This document shows, piece by piece, positions 42,741 through 59,999 of a stretch of 64,000 nt of DNA. The stretch's first letter is position 1, and every line of letters begins with the position of its first letter. Position numbers and translations under genes: made by a program. Origin of the DNA: the human T2T-CHM13v2.0 reference genome, Homo sapiens; assembly GCF_009914755.1 (NCBI RefSeq), contig NC_060928.1. One strand, written 5' to 3'. The notes under the pieces were generated by a model, which was not told the origin of the DNA, ran no database searches, and saw nothing but the letters and a program-made list of their open reading frames with translations.

Positions 42741-43011
42741 ATGGATATGGAATACATGGGCTCAGGTAAACTGGGCCAAATATTGAAGCAGATTTGGAGA
42801 CAAAACCAGATGCTAAAGCAGGCACTCTTGGGTGATGACCTTTGTGAGGGGGCTGGTGGGGCCACTTGGATGGCCACTGTGGTCTTTCTGGGTCAGGAAC
42901 TCAGCAGTGCCCTTCACCAGCTGCTGGAGCACACCTCAGGCACCCTGCGTTCCACCTGCCAGCAGCTGCATGTGCTGCTTGACAAAGAGAATCAATGTGT
43001 CTCGAGAAAAG
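42741..43011 (+). CDS. DTHD1: DTHD1 coding exon 1 (MDMEYMGSGK...CVSRK)
   Basis: ATG in AAAATGG context; 271 nt (phase 1) to donor AAG|GCAAGT; joins exon 2 in frame (G|AA = E). Confidence 0.85.
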
Positions 43012-43049
43012 GCAAGTATTCTTTTTTTTAGTTTATTCTTTCTCTAAGA

Positions 43050-43450
43050 AATATTGATTAGGGCAAGATCTGAGAGGGGCTATGAGTATACCAGATAGGC
43101 TAAGATAGAGTTTCTGTCCACAAGAGACTAACAATTTCAAAGGGGAAATAAGTTGAGACAAATGCACAATAATGCCAGGGACATTGGGGCCAGTCCCATT
43201 AGAAACACATGAATGAAGTGCTTTTGGACTTCAGAAGCAGTTTAAATCCCATCTGTAGGGTGGGGAATTGAGAAGTTTGCTAGAAAAATGTAGTATTTAA
43301 GCTGAAGCTTAAAGAGTGAATTGGATTTATGCAGCAGGAAAGAGAGAGTCGGTAATTTTAGTAGGATCCAAGACTTAGAGACAGGAAAATACAGGCCACT
43401 GAGGCAGAGCTAGTAGTTTGTTTTTTATATCAGAATATAGTATTCTATCT
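43050..43450 (-). mobile_element. L2 fragment
   Basis: GATAGAGTTTCTGTCCACAAGAGACTAACAAT and ATTTAAGCTGAAGCTTAAAGAGTGAATTGGATTT. Confidence 0.6.
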
Positions 43451-44489
43451 CTAGGGTCATTTGAGCTTAGCCTTATTGATTGCAAAATTACTGGGAAGAC
43501 TGGAGTGGGTTGGGATAGGGAATTGGATCCCCATGCACTGGGGCTGGAGAGGGATTCTTGGGAATAGGTCCAGTTATGGATGTGGAAAAGTACAGTAAGG
43601 CAGGAAGAATGTGGAATCTGATGAATATAATCCTAGATAACAACAGTTACTCCAGATAAGCATATAGGTGGCATCATGAAATTCAACTCTAAATAATACA
43701 GTATCAAGATAAGTGGGCAGGTTCCATCTATGAGGAAATCCAGGGTAGATGATGTTAAGAAATTCAATCTAAAGGGCAAATAGTGGGCATCAGGGAAATC
43801 TGTCTAAAGGCAGCATGACTGAGAAGCCATCAGCTGCAGCCCACAATGAGACCTTTAGCCTCTGGAGGGAGTGGAACATGGTCTTTGGCAATATAACAAG
43901 CAAATATATATTCAGAAAAAAACAAGGACTTGGTTACCAGAATAGGAGTTAAAAATAAAGACAAGTTCTCAGGTATAAGACAAAAACAAAACAAAACAAA
44001 ACACAAGTTGTCAGAACTGGATCCCAAAGAAAAGCCCTGACTGGTGAAGGGATGATTTGGTGATGGCTTTAAAAACACTAAGCTATGGGGCCTTAAATTA
44101 CCTATTCTTTAGTTCAGAACTGAATTCTAAAGACTAGAGAGGTACTAAGCCTGCAAGAAGTCATCAGGTGACCTCAGTAGTGAGGAGAAGCAGGATGAAC
44201 AAATAGGAGAGTGGGAAGAATGATGACGGAGTGAGAGATTATATAAGATTTGATCATGCTAAGAGTTTACTTCAGAGTGAAGAAGGTTGACCTGAGTTAG
44301 TAGGCTTTGAGTAGCCACTTCAGGTTCCAATCAGAGAATTGGTATGGTCAGAGCTATTCTCTGAAGGACTAATTTGAAAATTTCCAATGCTCACAAATTC
44401 ATCAGGAGGAATAGTATAAACCTAATCCAATTCTTATAGCAGTAAACTAGGCTCCAAAACAAAGCATCTACATTGGCAGAAATAATGGA

Positions 44490-44745
44490 GGTATGGTGTT
44501 TCTGCCACCCAAGCCTCATCTGGAGTGTTCGCCTAATTTTCAGCCCAGCATTTTAAATGGATCATTGATAAACTATTGTACATCCAGTGGTAAAAGAAGA
44601 GTTCTCAAAATCATACCAAATGAAAAACAATTGAGGGAGATGTTGACTTCAGTTCTTATTGGGGGAGCAAGAGGTTATGACATTTGTCTTTAAATATTCG
44701 AAGTATCTTTATAAGCAAGAGGGATTAGATTTACTCTTTGCTACC
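44490..44745 (+). mobile_element. CR1/L3 LINE fragment
   Basis: CCTCATCTGGAGTG..CAGCATTTTAAATGGATCATTGATAAACT..GTCTTTAAATATTCGAAG..GAGGGATTAGATTTACTC match CR1 RT 3' motifs. Confidence 0.7.
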
Positions 44746-44854
44746 ATGTTAAAAATGGTTTGTTGTCAATCCTACAATTGTTAAAAGAGTGACAGTTATA
44801 CAATTACTTCTCCTTCAGGAGTTTGGCTTAAATGCACAGTAAAGGTCTTTGTAG

Positions 44855-45574
<720 letters not shown>

Positions 45575-45641
45575 TAAGTAAATGCAATGTGGGAAGTGCT
45601 TAAGTATGCCTACTTATATGTGTGTTTCTATAGTTAGTACA

Positions 45642-46004
45642 TGTCTTAGTTCATTCAGGCTGCTACAACAAAACATCATAAAGTGAGTAGCTTTTAAACA
45701 ACAGATATTTATCTCTCACAGTTCTGGAGGCTTGGAAATCCAAAATCAAGGTGCTAGCAGATTTGGTGTCTGGTGAGGGCTTTCTGGTTCATAGAAGGTG
45801 CCTTCTTGCTGTGTCCTCACATGGTGGAAAAAGTGAACAAGCTCCCTTGGGCCTGCTTTATAAAGACATTAATCTCATTCATGAGGGCTCCACCCTCATG
45901 ACCTAATCATATCCCAAAAGGACCCACCTCCTAATACCATCACCTTGGGGGTCAGGATTTCAATGCATGAATTTTGAGGAGACACAAACAGTTAGACTAT
46001 AGCA
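45642..46004 (-). mobile_element. MLT1A0-like solo LTR
   Basis: Complete TGTCTTAGTTCATTCAGGCTGCT...CACAGTTCTGGAGG...CATTCATGAGGGCTCCACCCTCATGACCTAATCA...GACTATAGCA. Confidence 0.93.
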
Positions 46005-46649
46005 ACATGCATAGTATTTCCATTTCATACCTCCCAAAGATATTGTAATCAGTAATTCAGCTTAAATCACTCCTATAAAAATTTATATGGCCACTATTAT
46101 TAATATTGTTTATTTCTTATAGCTTTAAGAAACAAACACATTACATTTTTTTAAAGAGGAAGGAATTGAGTAGATACGAAAGTAGTTAAAATGAGCAATT
46201 GTCCAGATCATGAATACTTTGCAAATTACTACGAGTTCAAATATAATAAGAAAAACTAGAAGACTGTAGGGTGTTAGAAGATTTGGAGAGAATGTTTTAG
46301 CCTCAGATTCACTTTATTTATATTCTCAAGAAAATCATTATGAGTTTTAAACCCGTGTCTGTAGAACTCTAGGGATTTTATGGATGAGCTTTGGGAGGTA
46401 CTTAAAATTGAATGTGTATGTTCAGACCTATTTCATTTCCTTGGATATGGTCTAGAACTGTCATCAGATTCTCTAGGAGACCATAACTTCAAAAAAGTGA
46501 GAAAGACCAATCTATTTTATAAATTTTCTCTCCTGTGCAAAGAGGTAATAAGGCCCTATTTGTCCGTATAAAATAAGATATTCACAGACCATATTTTCCC
46601 AGACAAACATAACACGCTTAGAAGTGAAAAAAAAAAAATATTTGTTTTG

Positions 46650-46865
46650 GGAATCAGACAAACTTAAATTTCACTTTCTGTTTTATTACATACTAATTCT
46701 GTGACCCTGGGCAACTTGCTTCATTTCTCAGCCTAATTTACTTATTTGTAGAAATAATATATACATCCTGGGATTATTTGGTAAGGTCAAATGAGAAAAT
46801 CACTTAAACGACCTAACACCAGGCCACTTTTTCAGATATTCACACCAGGTAAATGTTAGTCTATT
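46650..46865 (+). mobile_element. MIR SINE
   Basis: GGAATCAGACAAAC..TGTGACCCTGGGCAACTTGCTT..CTCAGCCT. Confidence 0.75.
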
Positions 46866-47574
46866 CATTTATTTTAGCTCCAAAAACTCTCACTTTCTTC
46901 ACCTGTCACTCACTACCATTGTTCCATTACCCCCATCTCTGCTTTGATGTACTGATGCTCTTTCAGGTGTATGATACCATTTTGAGGACTATGATCTTAG
47001 GCAAGTCATTTTGCTCACCTTGACCTTAGTTATCTCGCCCATAAAATGAAGAGGTGGTTCTAATTTGGCCGTAATGTTTCTACAGGTCAGAGTCTGATGA
47101 ATTCTATGGTTGAGGATATTCAGTGCATGATAGATCCACATGATTTGTAAGAATTACCGCTCCAACAAAACAACTGCTAAAGTAGTCTATATGTGGTTAC
47201 CTGTTTCACTTGAGAAAAACATTGAAGCTCCATATTCTCACATTCAGAAATGACTCAAAGCATCGGTTAATGAGTCATTGCCTGAACTACTCCCTCTAAC
47301 ACCTCCTTTAGGTGTTTCCTGGTTAGTGACTTCCTCTTTGCAGCACCCAAACCAATTGTGCTTGGCTTGTATATTTCAGAAGTTGAGTACTCATTGCAAT
47401 CCCTCGGCCTAGGAAGCCATCATGCCACATAAAAGATGTGTGTGATAAACAAAACCTCACTCAGAATGTGTTGTCAATTCCCCCGTATAGCTTTCTGAAA
47501 GCAACCTATCTCTTCCTAGCTGTCCTGGTGTATACAAAAAGGGAAAATAAGGCTAGAGTAAACCAATGTGATTA

Positions 47575-47922
47575 CAGTCATCGGTTACTTAATGATGGGG
47601 ACATGTTCACAGAAATGGATGGTTGGGTGATTTTGTCAATTGTGCAAACACTGCAGAATGTGCATACACAAATCTAGATGGTATAGCCTACTGCACGCTT
47701 AGTCTACATGGTATAGCATATTGCTCCCAGGCCACAGACCTGTAAAGTATGTTACTATACGGAATACTTTAGGCAGCTAAAACACAATGCTAAGTATTTG
47801 TGTATTTAAACATATCTAAACATAGAAATGGTACAGCAATAATACAGTATTATAATTTTTAAGACCACCATTATATGTGCAGTCCATTTTTGACTGGTAT
47901 GCCTTTATGTTCTATATACCTG
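47575..47922 (+). mobile_element. Tigger3a-like DNA transposon
   Basis: TA|CAGTCAT start; TAATGATGGGGACATGTTC, ACAAATCTAGATGGTATAGCCTAC, CATAGAAATGGTACAG; CTG|TA end. Confidence 0.88.
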
Positions 47923-47929
47923 TATTTTA

Positions 47930-49678
<1,749 letters not shown>

Positions 49679-51054
49679 ATAACTGTATTTTACTGTCTAG
49701 CCTAAATCTATTTGACTAGGGCTAAAGAGAATGGAACCATTTAAAAGTCACCTTGTTCTACTTCATCTGTCAGTTGAGAAACATAACTCCTGGAAGAAAA
49801 GTGTATTCAGATGGTTTCCAAGGCACAGAGGAGAGTCATTCCTAAAGTTATACAACGCTGGGTCACTGTATCCTCTATTAAACAATGTTTCTCATTTTCT
49901 GAATTATTTTTATCACCATCACCAAAGAATACTCAAGCAGAACAATGTGCTGAGTCACTTTCTATTCCTTCTAACTATGAGTTTAGAATTGTAAACATAA
50001 ATCAATGACCCTCTCTGCAATTTCTACATATTTTTTGGATTTCTATGTTAAATTGTGCTTTAAAATTCTATTTACAAGTAATTGAAAAACGTCTAAAATC
50101 TGATTATTTTAGAGCTGGACATTAATGCTATGTTATATATAGATCCTCTTATTTCTCTTCAACATTTCCAGTATTTCAATCATTTCACTGGTATAAATGA
50201 GAAGTAGTAAAAAAAGAGGAACTCAAGTTGGTAATTTTAATGTAGAAAATCAGAATTTATTGAGCATACATCTTAGGCCAACACATTATTGTAAGTTTAA
50301 ATGTTTTATCACATTCAATCTTCACACTGTTATGAATTAGATATTAGTTTCAATTTGTAATGAATAAAGTAACCAGCACTTTTGAATGATTTGAGGAATT
50401 ATGATATTATATTAAAGAGTTTGGACTTTCACATTAAAGATAGATGGAGCCAATTATCTGGTCTAAAACTTACCATCTGTGGGATCTTTAAAAGAAAGTT
50501 AAATTTTCTGAGCCTCAGTGTTTTTATCTGTAAAATAATTATGTTAGTAGCACCTACCTAATACAATAGTTGTGAGAATAGTGTGTAACCTAAAAACTAC
50601 TTAATAGAAAGCAGCAAAATATTAACTATTTTAATATTAATTATTAATGTGTAAGGTCAAGTAAATAGTGACTGATCTCAAATCTGAATTCAAATCTATA
50701 ACTCTATAATCCTTGGCAAATTTGATGGTTAAAAAAGAGTAAAATGAATGATCAAAATAAAATTTTGGATTGATTTTTTTGGGGATTATAAGTAATCTTT
50801 GCCTAATTACTATGATTAATGATAAATTTACAGTTCTTTTGTATCTTTCTCAGCTTTTCTAAAAATATATAATCATCATCATCATTTGATCTAGTGTGTT
50901 TAGACAATTCTAATACTTCATATATGTTTACTCCCTCTCCTCACAATTGAGGAAATTATTCAAGTATTAGTACTGATTTTACCAAGAAACTTCAGCAATC
51001 TTCAGCTTCTTATTGTGGAATAATCAATTGCTTAAATAACAATAGTAACAAAAG

Positions 51055-51295
51055 TAATTATAGCTAATATATATAACAACTATGGTGTACCAGACATAGC
51101 TCTAATTACTTAACATGTAATGGTTCATTTAATTCAATTCATACTCCCGTGAGATAGGTATTATGTTATCACCATTTTACCATTGAGGAAACTGAGGCAC
51201 AGAGAGGCTGAGGATCTTGCCCAAGGTCACAGAGTTGATCAGAACTGGAATTCACACCAAGACAATGTAGATCTAGAGTCTGTGCTTTTCTGCAT
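51055..51295 (-). mobile_element. MIR SINE
   Basis: CCATTTTACCATTGAGGAAACTGAGGCACAGAGAGG..CTTGCCCAAGGTCACA. Confidence 0.9.
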
Positions 51296-51335
51296 TTAGC
51301 TGTAAAGTACATAAATCAAATAATTGGAAAAATGA

Positions 51336-51734
<399 letters not shown>

Positions 51735-52174
51735 TAAATATCACTCAGACTAACAGATTGTAGTGTAGATATAATTGCTCCACTAGTAATAAATGGAAGG
51801 ACTTTTGAATTTGTGCCAGTGCGTTCACAGTTTATTGCCATCCATAAAGATCAAAGGATGGAAATGATTAGCCAAAGTTAGGAATGGAGAGCTTGGGTCG
51901 AACACCTACCAAATGTTATTTTTTTCACCTAGGAAACAAAACCAAAATCATGGCTTAATTACTTTTGTGCTTTAGACTAACTTCAGACCAACATTTCTAA
52001 TATGATGGACCCTTGTCTAAATTTAAGAATGTTAGAATCTCCAGATGATAGTAGCTTTAATTTTTATTATCCACGGGTTGGGAAAATAGATAAAAAATTT
52101 AAAAATTTGTGTATGTGTTTGTGTATGCCTTGAGATTGTTAGTAAGTCTAGAAATGAAATTTAGTCTACACATG

Positions 52175-52420
52175 GGAGAAAGTATATGTGGTAGTTAAGA
52201 TGTGGGCTGTGGAAGAAGACTGGTTAGGTTTGAAATACGGTTTTTACACTTTCTTGCTGTGTGAACTTGGGAAAATTATGTAAACTTGCTGTGACTCAGT
52301 TACTTCATCTGAGAGATAAACATGATAATAGTGTCTACCTGGTATGGTTGTAAGAATTAAATAGATAATAAACTTATGAAGAGAGACGGAAGCCTATAAA
52401 CACATGTTAGTTGTTAATAA
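52175..52420 (+). mobile_element. MIR SINE
   Basis: GTAGTTAAGATGTGGGCT..GCTGTGTGAACTTGGGAAAATTA..CTCAGTTACTTCATCTG..GATAATAGTGTCTACCT. Confidence 0.82.
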
Positions 52421-52529
52421 ATTATCATTTTCATGTCAAATTTTAATTGTAATAACTCTGAGGCTCTGTATGATCACAAATTCATATGCTGTGAAGAGAG
52501 AATATAACAACTATTAAATTTAGTATGGA

Positions 52530-52830
<301 letters not shown>

Positions 52831-54421
52831 ATTTAGTATGGAGTTTATGGAGACTAATACTTAAAGTTTTTCTTTGGGCCACTGAACTTCTTTTTAAGCA
52901 ATTAAAATATTTATCTTTTTCAGCTTTATGTAAGTTGTCGTTTGATGAGACAGGCAGGGAATAAATGTAAAAAAATTCATATATACATGGAATTATTTAT
53001 TATATATTTATTTTGTGATTTTGATTTTTTCTGGGTTACAAATAAGGTTTTATAGTTGAGTATGAAAGCTAAGCCTATTACATTTACTTATTTCAGTTCC
53101 TGCAACTAATACATTTTATATTTAGTATCAGAAGTTTATAGGTATGATAGTCTAGTCAGCATTGCCCTTGACTGGGGCTCTTAAGTTTTGGCCAGTCTGT
53201 GTAACTATCACAATACAAGCAAAAACTGCTTGTAGCCCACTTGTCACAAAATGGGTTTGGAAGATGTTCAGTAAATGGATAATTAAAGCAAAAAAGAGAG
53301 AGAGAGAGGAAGAGAAAGAGAAAGAGAGAGCGAGGGAATCATTGTCTATCATAACAAATACAGGCGTGAATTTTTCTCTTTATAGTAAGAAAAACATTTT
53401 AAACTTTGGATTACTTCCAAATTTTTATGTGGATCGTATGACATTATAAAATTCTAATTATTTAAAAACCCTTTTGGCCTTTCAGTATCTATCAAATATG
53501 ATTGAAGTGCACAGCAACCACTGTTGGTTTCTAGAAGATCTTTCTTTTTCACCTCTCACAATTTTCCCTCTGGCCGGTTAACAATATTCACCATGCCCTG
53601 AATTTTCCCAGAGACAGATTCATTCAGCGATATTGTGAAATCTCTTCCTTAGTCAGCTTTCAAATGGTAGACTATTTTCCATTGTGATTGTCCCTGAAAT
53701 GTTTTTTCGTGTATGTGAGCATGATTATCCACGCATGCTGGGGCAGAGCCCGGCTGCTGATTGGGGAAGTATGAATAGACCAAATTACTTCTAAGTCTGC
53801 CTCCTCATTTTAAGCTTTGGTGATTATAGGAGAAGATCATTTTGTTTTCATTTATGTACGCAGTTCCCTTTTGTGCAATAAAAAACCTTGAGTATGTGTC
53901 TGTATATATGCATTACAAATTTGAATGTCATTGTATAAAAAGAAACACAAATATCTTAGTCATTTGCTCCCACTGCACAGAGGAGAGGCAAAGAGAAAAT
54001 GACTTTATTTGGGGAACCTAAGATACTGTGAGCTATTAGAAGAAAGAATTTGCTGACAGCACAGGTGTTACAGTGTTTGAGCAAACTACACAAATAATGG
54101 AATTCCAGTCCTTAGGATTCCCTAGAACAGTGTTGAATGTTTTGGATAAAGGTCAATATTTAAAATCGATTCTCGCTAATGGAGGCTAGAATTCTAGGAA
54201 CAATCATATTTGTGAAAACACTGAAAATAATTGCCCATTATTCACACAATTTTGGGGAAGATTTAATTTAAATATAAGAAGTATGTTTATTTCTGTTTTT
54301 TATTGTGTAGTCTAAATTTGAGAAACTCTTATCTATTTCTACTTAATCTCATATAATGACCATCCATTTTAGGTTATTGGAATCATTTTAAGTTGTAGGT
54401 GATTAAATAAAGAGTGTATAG

Positions 54422-54751
<330 letters not shown>

Positions 54752-55777
54752 TAAACAACAAAGAAGGTATCAATATTTAATATAACAAAAAATGGATTAT
54801 TTTCTTGTAGTTGTAACGGCCTAATATATAGTGATATCAGCAATAATGTAATGATTTTGAGCATATTAAATCTCATTAAAAATAAATCTTCTCTTTATTC
54901 GAAAGATTTTCCCAGTTAGTCTTTTGTGTTGTGTTGTTTTCTTTATGATATTTATTGGGAAAATTTATGTTGCATGGCTATGAAAGAATTGACAACAGAC
55001 TTTGGAACATACATATAATTCAAAGATTTTGATCAGCGAGGATGACAAAAAAGAGGACAATCAATTAAAATATTTATTATAATAAATATTTTGTTATATT
55101 TAATTATGAAACAGCCATTTTCTGGGAGTAAGGATTTAATATACGCAAACACTATTTGCAAAGGGCATGTAAATGTATATTTTACAAGATTTATTTCCTC
55201 AAATAATATTCCCTGTTCGTCTACCCTCATTCCCCTCCCATGCTCTCCTCTCTATTTCTCCCAGTTGTTAATGTAAGTGGTAAGTGAAGAAGAACGATTA
55301 GGAAGAAAACATATAATAAATATCTTATTTATAGATATTTTCCACGCACTTTGAAATGTTGGAATCATCTTAGCTATTTTTTATTTTTAACCATTCTTAT
55401 GTGAAAAGAAACAAGTCATGTTTTTCTAGTTTCTAAAGATCACTTGATCTAACAATTTCTAATTAGAAATCATTATAAAACATCTATTTTGTTTTCTAGG
55501 TCATTTTGTTGCCTGCAATTAAGTCTGTTTCTTAGTTATTTATAACATAAGACAGGGAACCCAGATTTCAGAAGGACTTTGTAAAAAGGGCCCTAATACT
55601 GTGTTCTTTTATATATTATAAATATTTTATAAAATGCATTGTTGATTACAACTAACAATACATAGAGAAATGTATAAAACTATGCTGCATAGAATTTTCA
55701 AAAAACTGGATTAGAAATGTACCAATAGTTTGCATCTTTTCTATTAAAACATAAGAAAAAATATATTTTTTGTTTAG

Positions 55778-56023
<246 letters not shown>

Positions 56024-56149
56024 TGAGTAAGTTTCTAATATTGTAAACTGGCTTAATGTCAAACAAAGAAGCTTAGATGATTAAAACTTGCAGTCAAATG
56101 CCTTGTATTTAAATTCTGTATTAAAATATTATGAAATATCTTTAATCTA

Positions 56150-57600
56150 GAAAGAAGATATTGTGGATCCACAAAAGGTAATAATTTTAGCTGTTATGGA
56201 TCCCAAAATTCCTGCAAGTATAAAGATAAAGATGGAGACAATAAGAACTCTAGCAGAAATGCATGCTGGGTGGTGCATTTTGAAACCTTCAATCTATTCA
56301 AAGCGCTGGAAATTTAGTCAGCACAGGTAGGAGAAAGACATACCTTAGTCCAGAGGAATTACACTCAGTAAAAATAGCTAGATGCTGACAATTGAATCAG
56401 ATATTATGCAAAGGGATCTCGTCTCTAGAGTCAAGAAAGAGATTCAAATAGTTACCAAACTATAAAAGGTGGATGAGCATTCATTCAAGGGTAAGAAAAA
56501 AACCAAAATCCTACATGGTGTTTTAAGAAAAACAAATCAATACCAAGATTTCTAAAGAATATATATTAAAAAAAACTTGTAGAAATACAAAGGAAGAGAG
56601 AGAGAGCATCATCCTGATATTTCACAGTCATTTGAATAATGAGAATTACAGTTACCTGGAGAATATTAAAGAAACCTATTTTATAAGTTTAGTTGTAGCC
56701 AGTAAACATAATTGCCAAGAAACACTAGCAGAAAATCATCAGAATAGATGAAGAAAAGATGAAAGGACAAAAGGATGTGGCATAAAGATAACAAGCTGAG
56801 ATGAAAAGGGACCAAAATATGATAAGGAGTCATTTCAAAGTGCTGCAAACTAATAATTATAGGTACCATTGAAGAAGAGGGCAAGCAATCATAAAAAAAG
56901 AAACAATCAAAGGCCTAGGTGAATTTGATTTTTTGATGTTGATTAAAGCCTTGAGTTAAAAGTGCTGATTGGTTACTAGAAAATATTTATGAAAAAAGAC
57001 CCATACTTAGACATAACATGGCAAACTGAAATGTAGGTTTAAATAAAACATAATTCCATAAGCATCCATTAACCAGAAACCGATTATGTAAAAAAGGAAT
57101 GAAATCAATCTGGTATCAGTTTTATTCTTTGCAGCACTAATATCAGGAAATAGAAATGGACCAAAATCTTCAAAGTTCTCAAGTTCTCAAAGGGCAAGAT
57201 TGGGGAATCAGGGTTTTCATCCTACAAACAAGTCATTTTGTTTTTGTTTTGTTTTGTTTTTAAATACAAGGGCTCTCAGAATGGACTACTCACATGCTCT
57301 TATCTACAAAATAAGTAGATAAAATTAATAGGCTGACTTAATAAGATTCAAGATATCGAGAACAAGCAAGTATTATTCTTATTTTTAAAATTTGATATTG
57401 AGCATAAATAATACAAAAGCAAAAAAAATCAAAAGTAAAAATTTATATGAAAGAGAGATAATGGAAAGAAAACAGACAAACAAAACATCAGCATGGTGAT
57501 ATGTGTCTACTTTTAAGAGCGAGTGTAAGCAAGATAATATAAGTAAAATAATCTGTTATGACAATAAATATAAATGAGTTAAACATAATTTATATTATTG
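56150..57600 (+). mobile_element. Old L1M/HAL1 ORF1-like fragment
   Basis: A-rich, with AAAGACCCATACTTAGACATA, AAATCAATCTGGTATCAG and ATCTTCAAAGTTCT as in degenerate L1 ORF1. Confidence 0.55.
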
Positions 57601-57794
57601 TCCATATTTCATAATCTTCCTTTGATATTTTTAAATACTTTATATGATGTGCTTGGGTAATTTCCTTAGGTTTATTATACACATTATTAATTTATTATCA
57701 TTTGTTTAAATTGTTCATTTTATTCACTATAATTAACATTTCTAAAAGCTTAGTGCTTTTTCCAATCTGCTTCATTGTTTTACTATGCTTTATA

Positions 57795-58240
57795 TAGTTG
57801 ATCCTTGAGCAATGCAGGGGGATTAGGGGTGCCAACCACCAAGAAGTTGAAAATGTGCGTATAACTTTTGACTCCTCGAAAACCGAACTGCTTATAGCCT
57901 ACGGTTGACCAGGAGAAAAGCCTTACCAATGATATAAACAGTCTATTAACACATATTTTGTAAGGTATATGTACTATATACTGCTTCTTATAATAAAATA
58001 AGCTAGAGAAAAGAAAACGTTATTAAGAAAATCATAAGGAAGAGAAAATATATTTACTATTCATTAAGTGGAAGTGGATAATCATCAAGGTTTTTATCCC
58101 TGTCATCTTCATGTTGAGTAGGCTGAGGAGGAGGAAGAGGAGGGGTTGGTCTTGCTGTCTCAGGAGTGGCAGAGGAGCAAGAAAATCTGTGCACAAGCAC
58201 ACCTACAGAATTCAAACCTATGTTGTTCAAGGGCCAACTG
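57795..58240. mobile_element. Tigger2a (MER28)-like DNA transposon
   Basis: TIRs TAGTTGATCCTTGAGCAA and TTGTTCAAGGGCCAACTG flanked by TA; internal TAAGCTAGAGAAAAGAAAA..TTAAGAAAATCATAAGGAAG. Confidence 0.92.
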
Positions 58241-58897
58241 TATTTCTTCCTTTATTCCTTTAATTATTTAAGCATACTTATTTTATGGTCTTTTTTAGAT
58301 TGATTATTCCATCATCTATCTATTAACATGATGTATAACACCATATCATCTATCTAGGAGTACAGCGTAATCTTGCAGAATTTCATACTGATTCTGTTCT
58401 ATGGCTCTTGCCCTTAGACATTCATTTCCAAGTATTGATTTTAATTTTTGATCAGATATAAATATCAGTTCTTCTTCTCCCTTTTCCCCCAAGCCGAAGC
58501 AATTAATTTTTTTTGTGTGTGCTTCTTGACTATTTTCTTGAGCCAACAAGCAAAAGGGTTTTGGTTATTGCTACCAATAACCAAATAACCAGAGAGTGTT
58601 ATGCCTCTCTCATGGCCAGTGATGCCCTTCTGAGATTCCAGCTTCATGACTTAGTTCAAGCTCCCTCCCTGTGCAGCTGGAGGTTGTATCGTATGTCTGG
58701 GAATAGATATTAAACTGTACCTCAAGCCCCTGGCACGTGTGCATGGGTGGGGTTGAAAAGAAGAGGCTGATAGGGGGAGGAGCACCCACAGAATCAATTC
58801 CTCGAGTTCCCTAGTGAAGAAAGAGAATTCTTGCTTTTTAGATCCTTGAGTCCAGATCTAGGGGGGATTTCTTTTTTAGCTTTTGAGTTCATATAAT

Positions 58898-58938
58898 TGT
58901 GTGTGTGTGTGTGTGTGCACGTGTGTGTGTGTGTGTGT
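58898..58938. repeat. Interrupted (TG)n microsatellite
   Basis: (TG)n-CAC-G(TG)n, seen directly. Confidence 0.92.
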
Positions 58939-59999
58939 TTATGTGACATTTTGTCCAGAATTCCTGTGGAGTGGGAAAGTGGCTATTTGTCATCAGTTAA
59001 ATTGGCCAAGTTGCTAGAATAAGCCACTTTTTTTTTGCCTTTGTACATAATCTGTCTTCTAGAAAATCTTTCTTCTGCCACATTTAACTGATATACTCTT
59101 GCCCATTCTATAAGTTCCAGTTCAACTCTTTCTTTTTCTGTCCAGATATCCTAAGCTCTCTAGGAGGAATCAAGTGCTCTTTTTTTTGTGTGTGTGCCAA
59201 CCCCATCCTTTGTACACATCCCACATTCTACTACTGTAGCAATAATATATATTCTTTTTTACATGTCATGACTTAGCACAATTGCAACATAGTAAGTGCT
59301 AAAAACATTAGGTAAATTAAATAAATTAATGAGCAAACTCGTGGAAATGTAAATTGTATTGCAAATTCATCTGCACTTTTTGACAATGTTAAATTGATAC
59401 ATTACAATGTGCTATGTTGTTATTAGTCTCAGACATAGTAGGTGCATTTTTTTCCATCTAGTGGAGCATAAAACAAGCAAATGAGACTCCATCTCAACTG
59501 TTTATTTAACATTCTTTAATCAAAGAATGAAAGCCAGTTGGACATTTTCTATGGAAACAGAAACACAAAAAGCAATCCATACCCCATGTAATGAAAAAGA
59601 TAAAAACTATTTGAGGCCAAAGCATAGTCTGAATATTAAGAATGAAAGGTCTGTATTGTGTTATATTCCTTTATGTCTGAATGATTTCTAGTGAAAGGAT
59701 GAGAGTCATTTAATTATGAGCCAGAAAAGATTTCTCATAGCAGTAAAGAGGAACAATACTTTATTAAATAGGAGCTTATTACTTACTATGCAATCAATAT
59801 TTTAGAGAGTTAGACAGGAAAATGGTTTTTGCCCATGAAAAATGACATTTCCTACACAATGCAATTGTTTTTAAGATTAAGTTGTTCAAATGTAATATGT
59901 GATTCATGCCTGAGAATATTTATAAAATATATGTAAGTCACACCATATAATGAAATGGACAACTAGTAAAGCTAATATCAAACAATAAACTGATCATTA

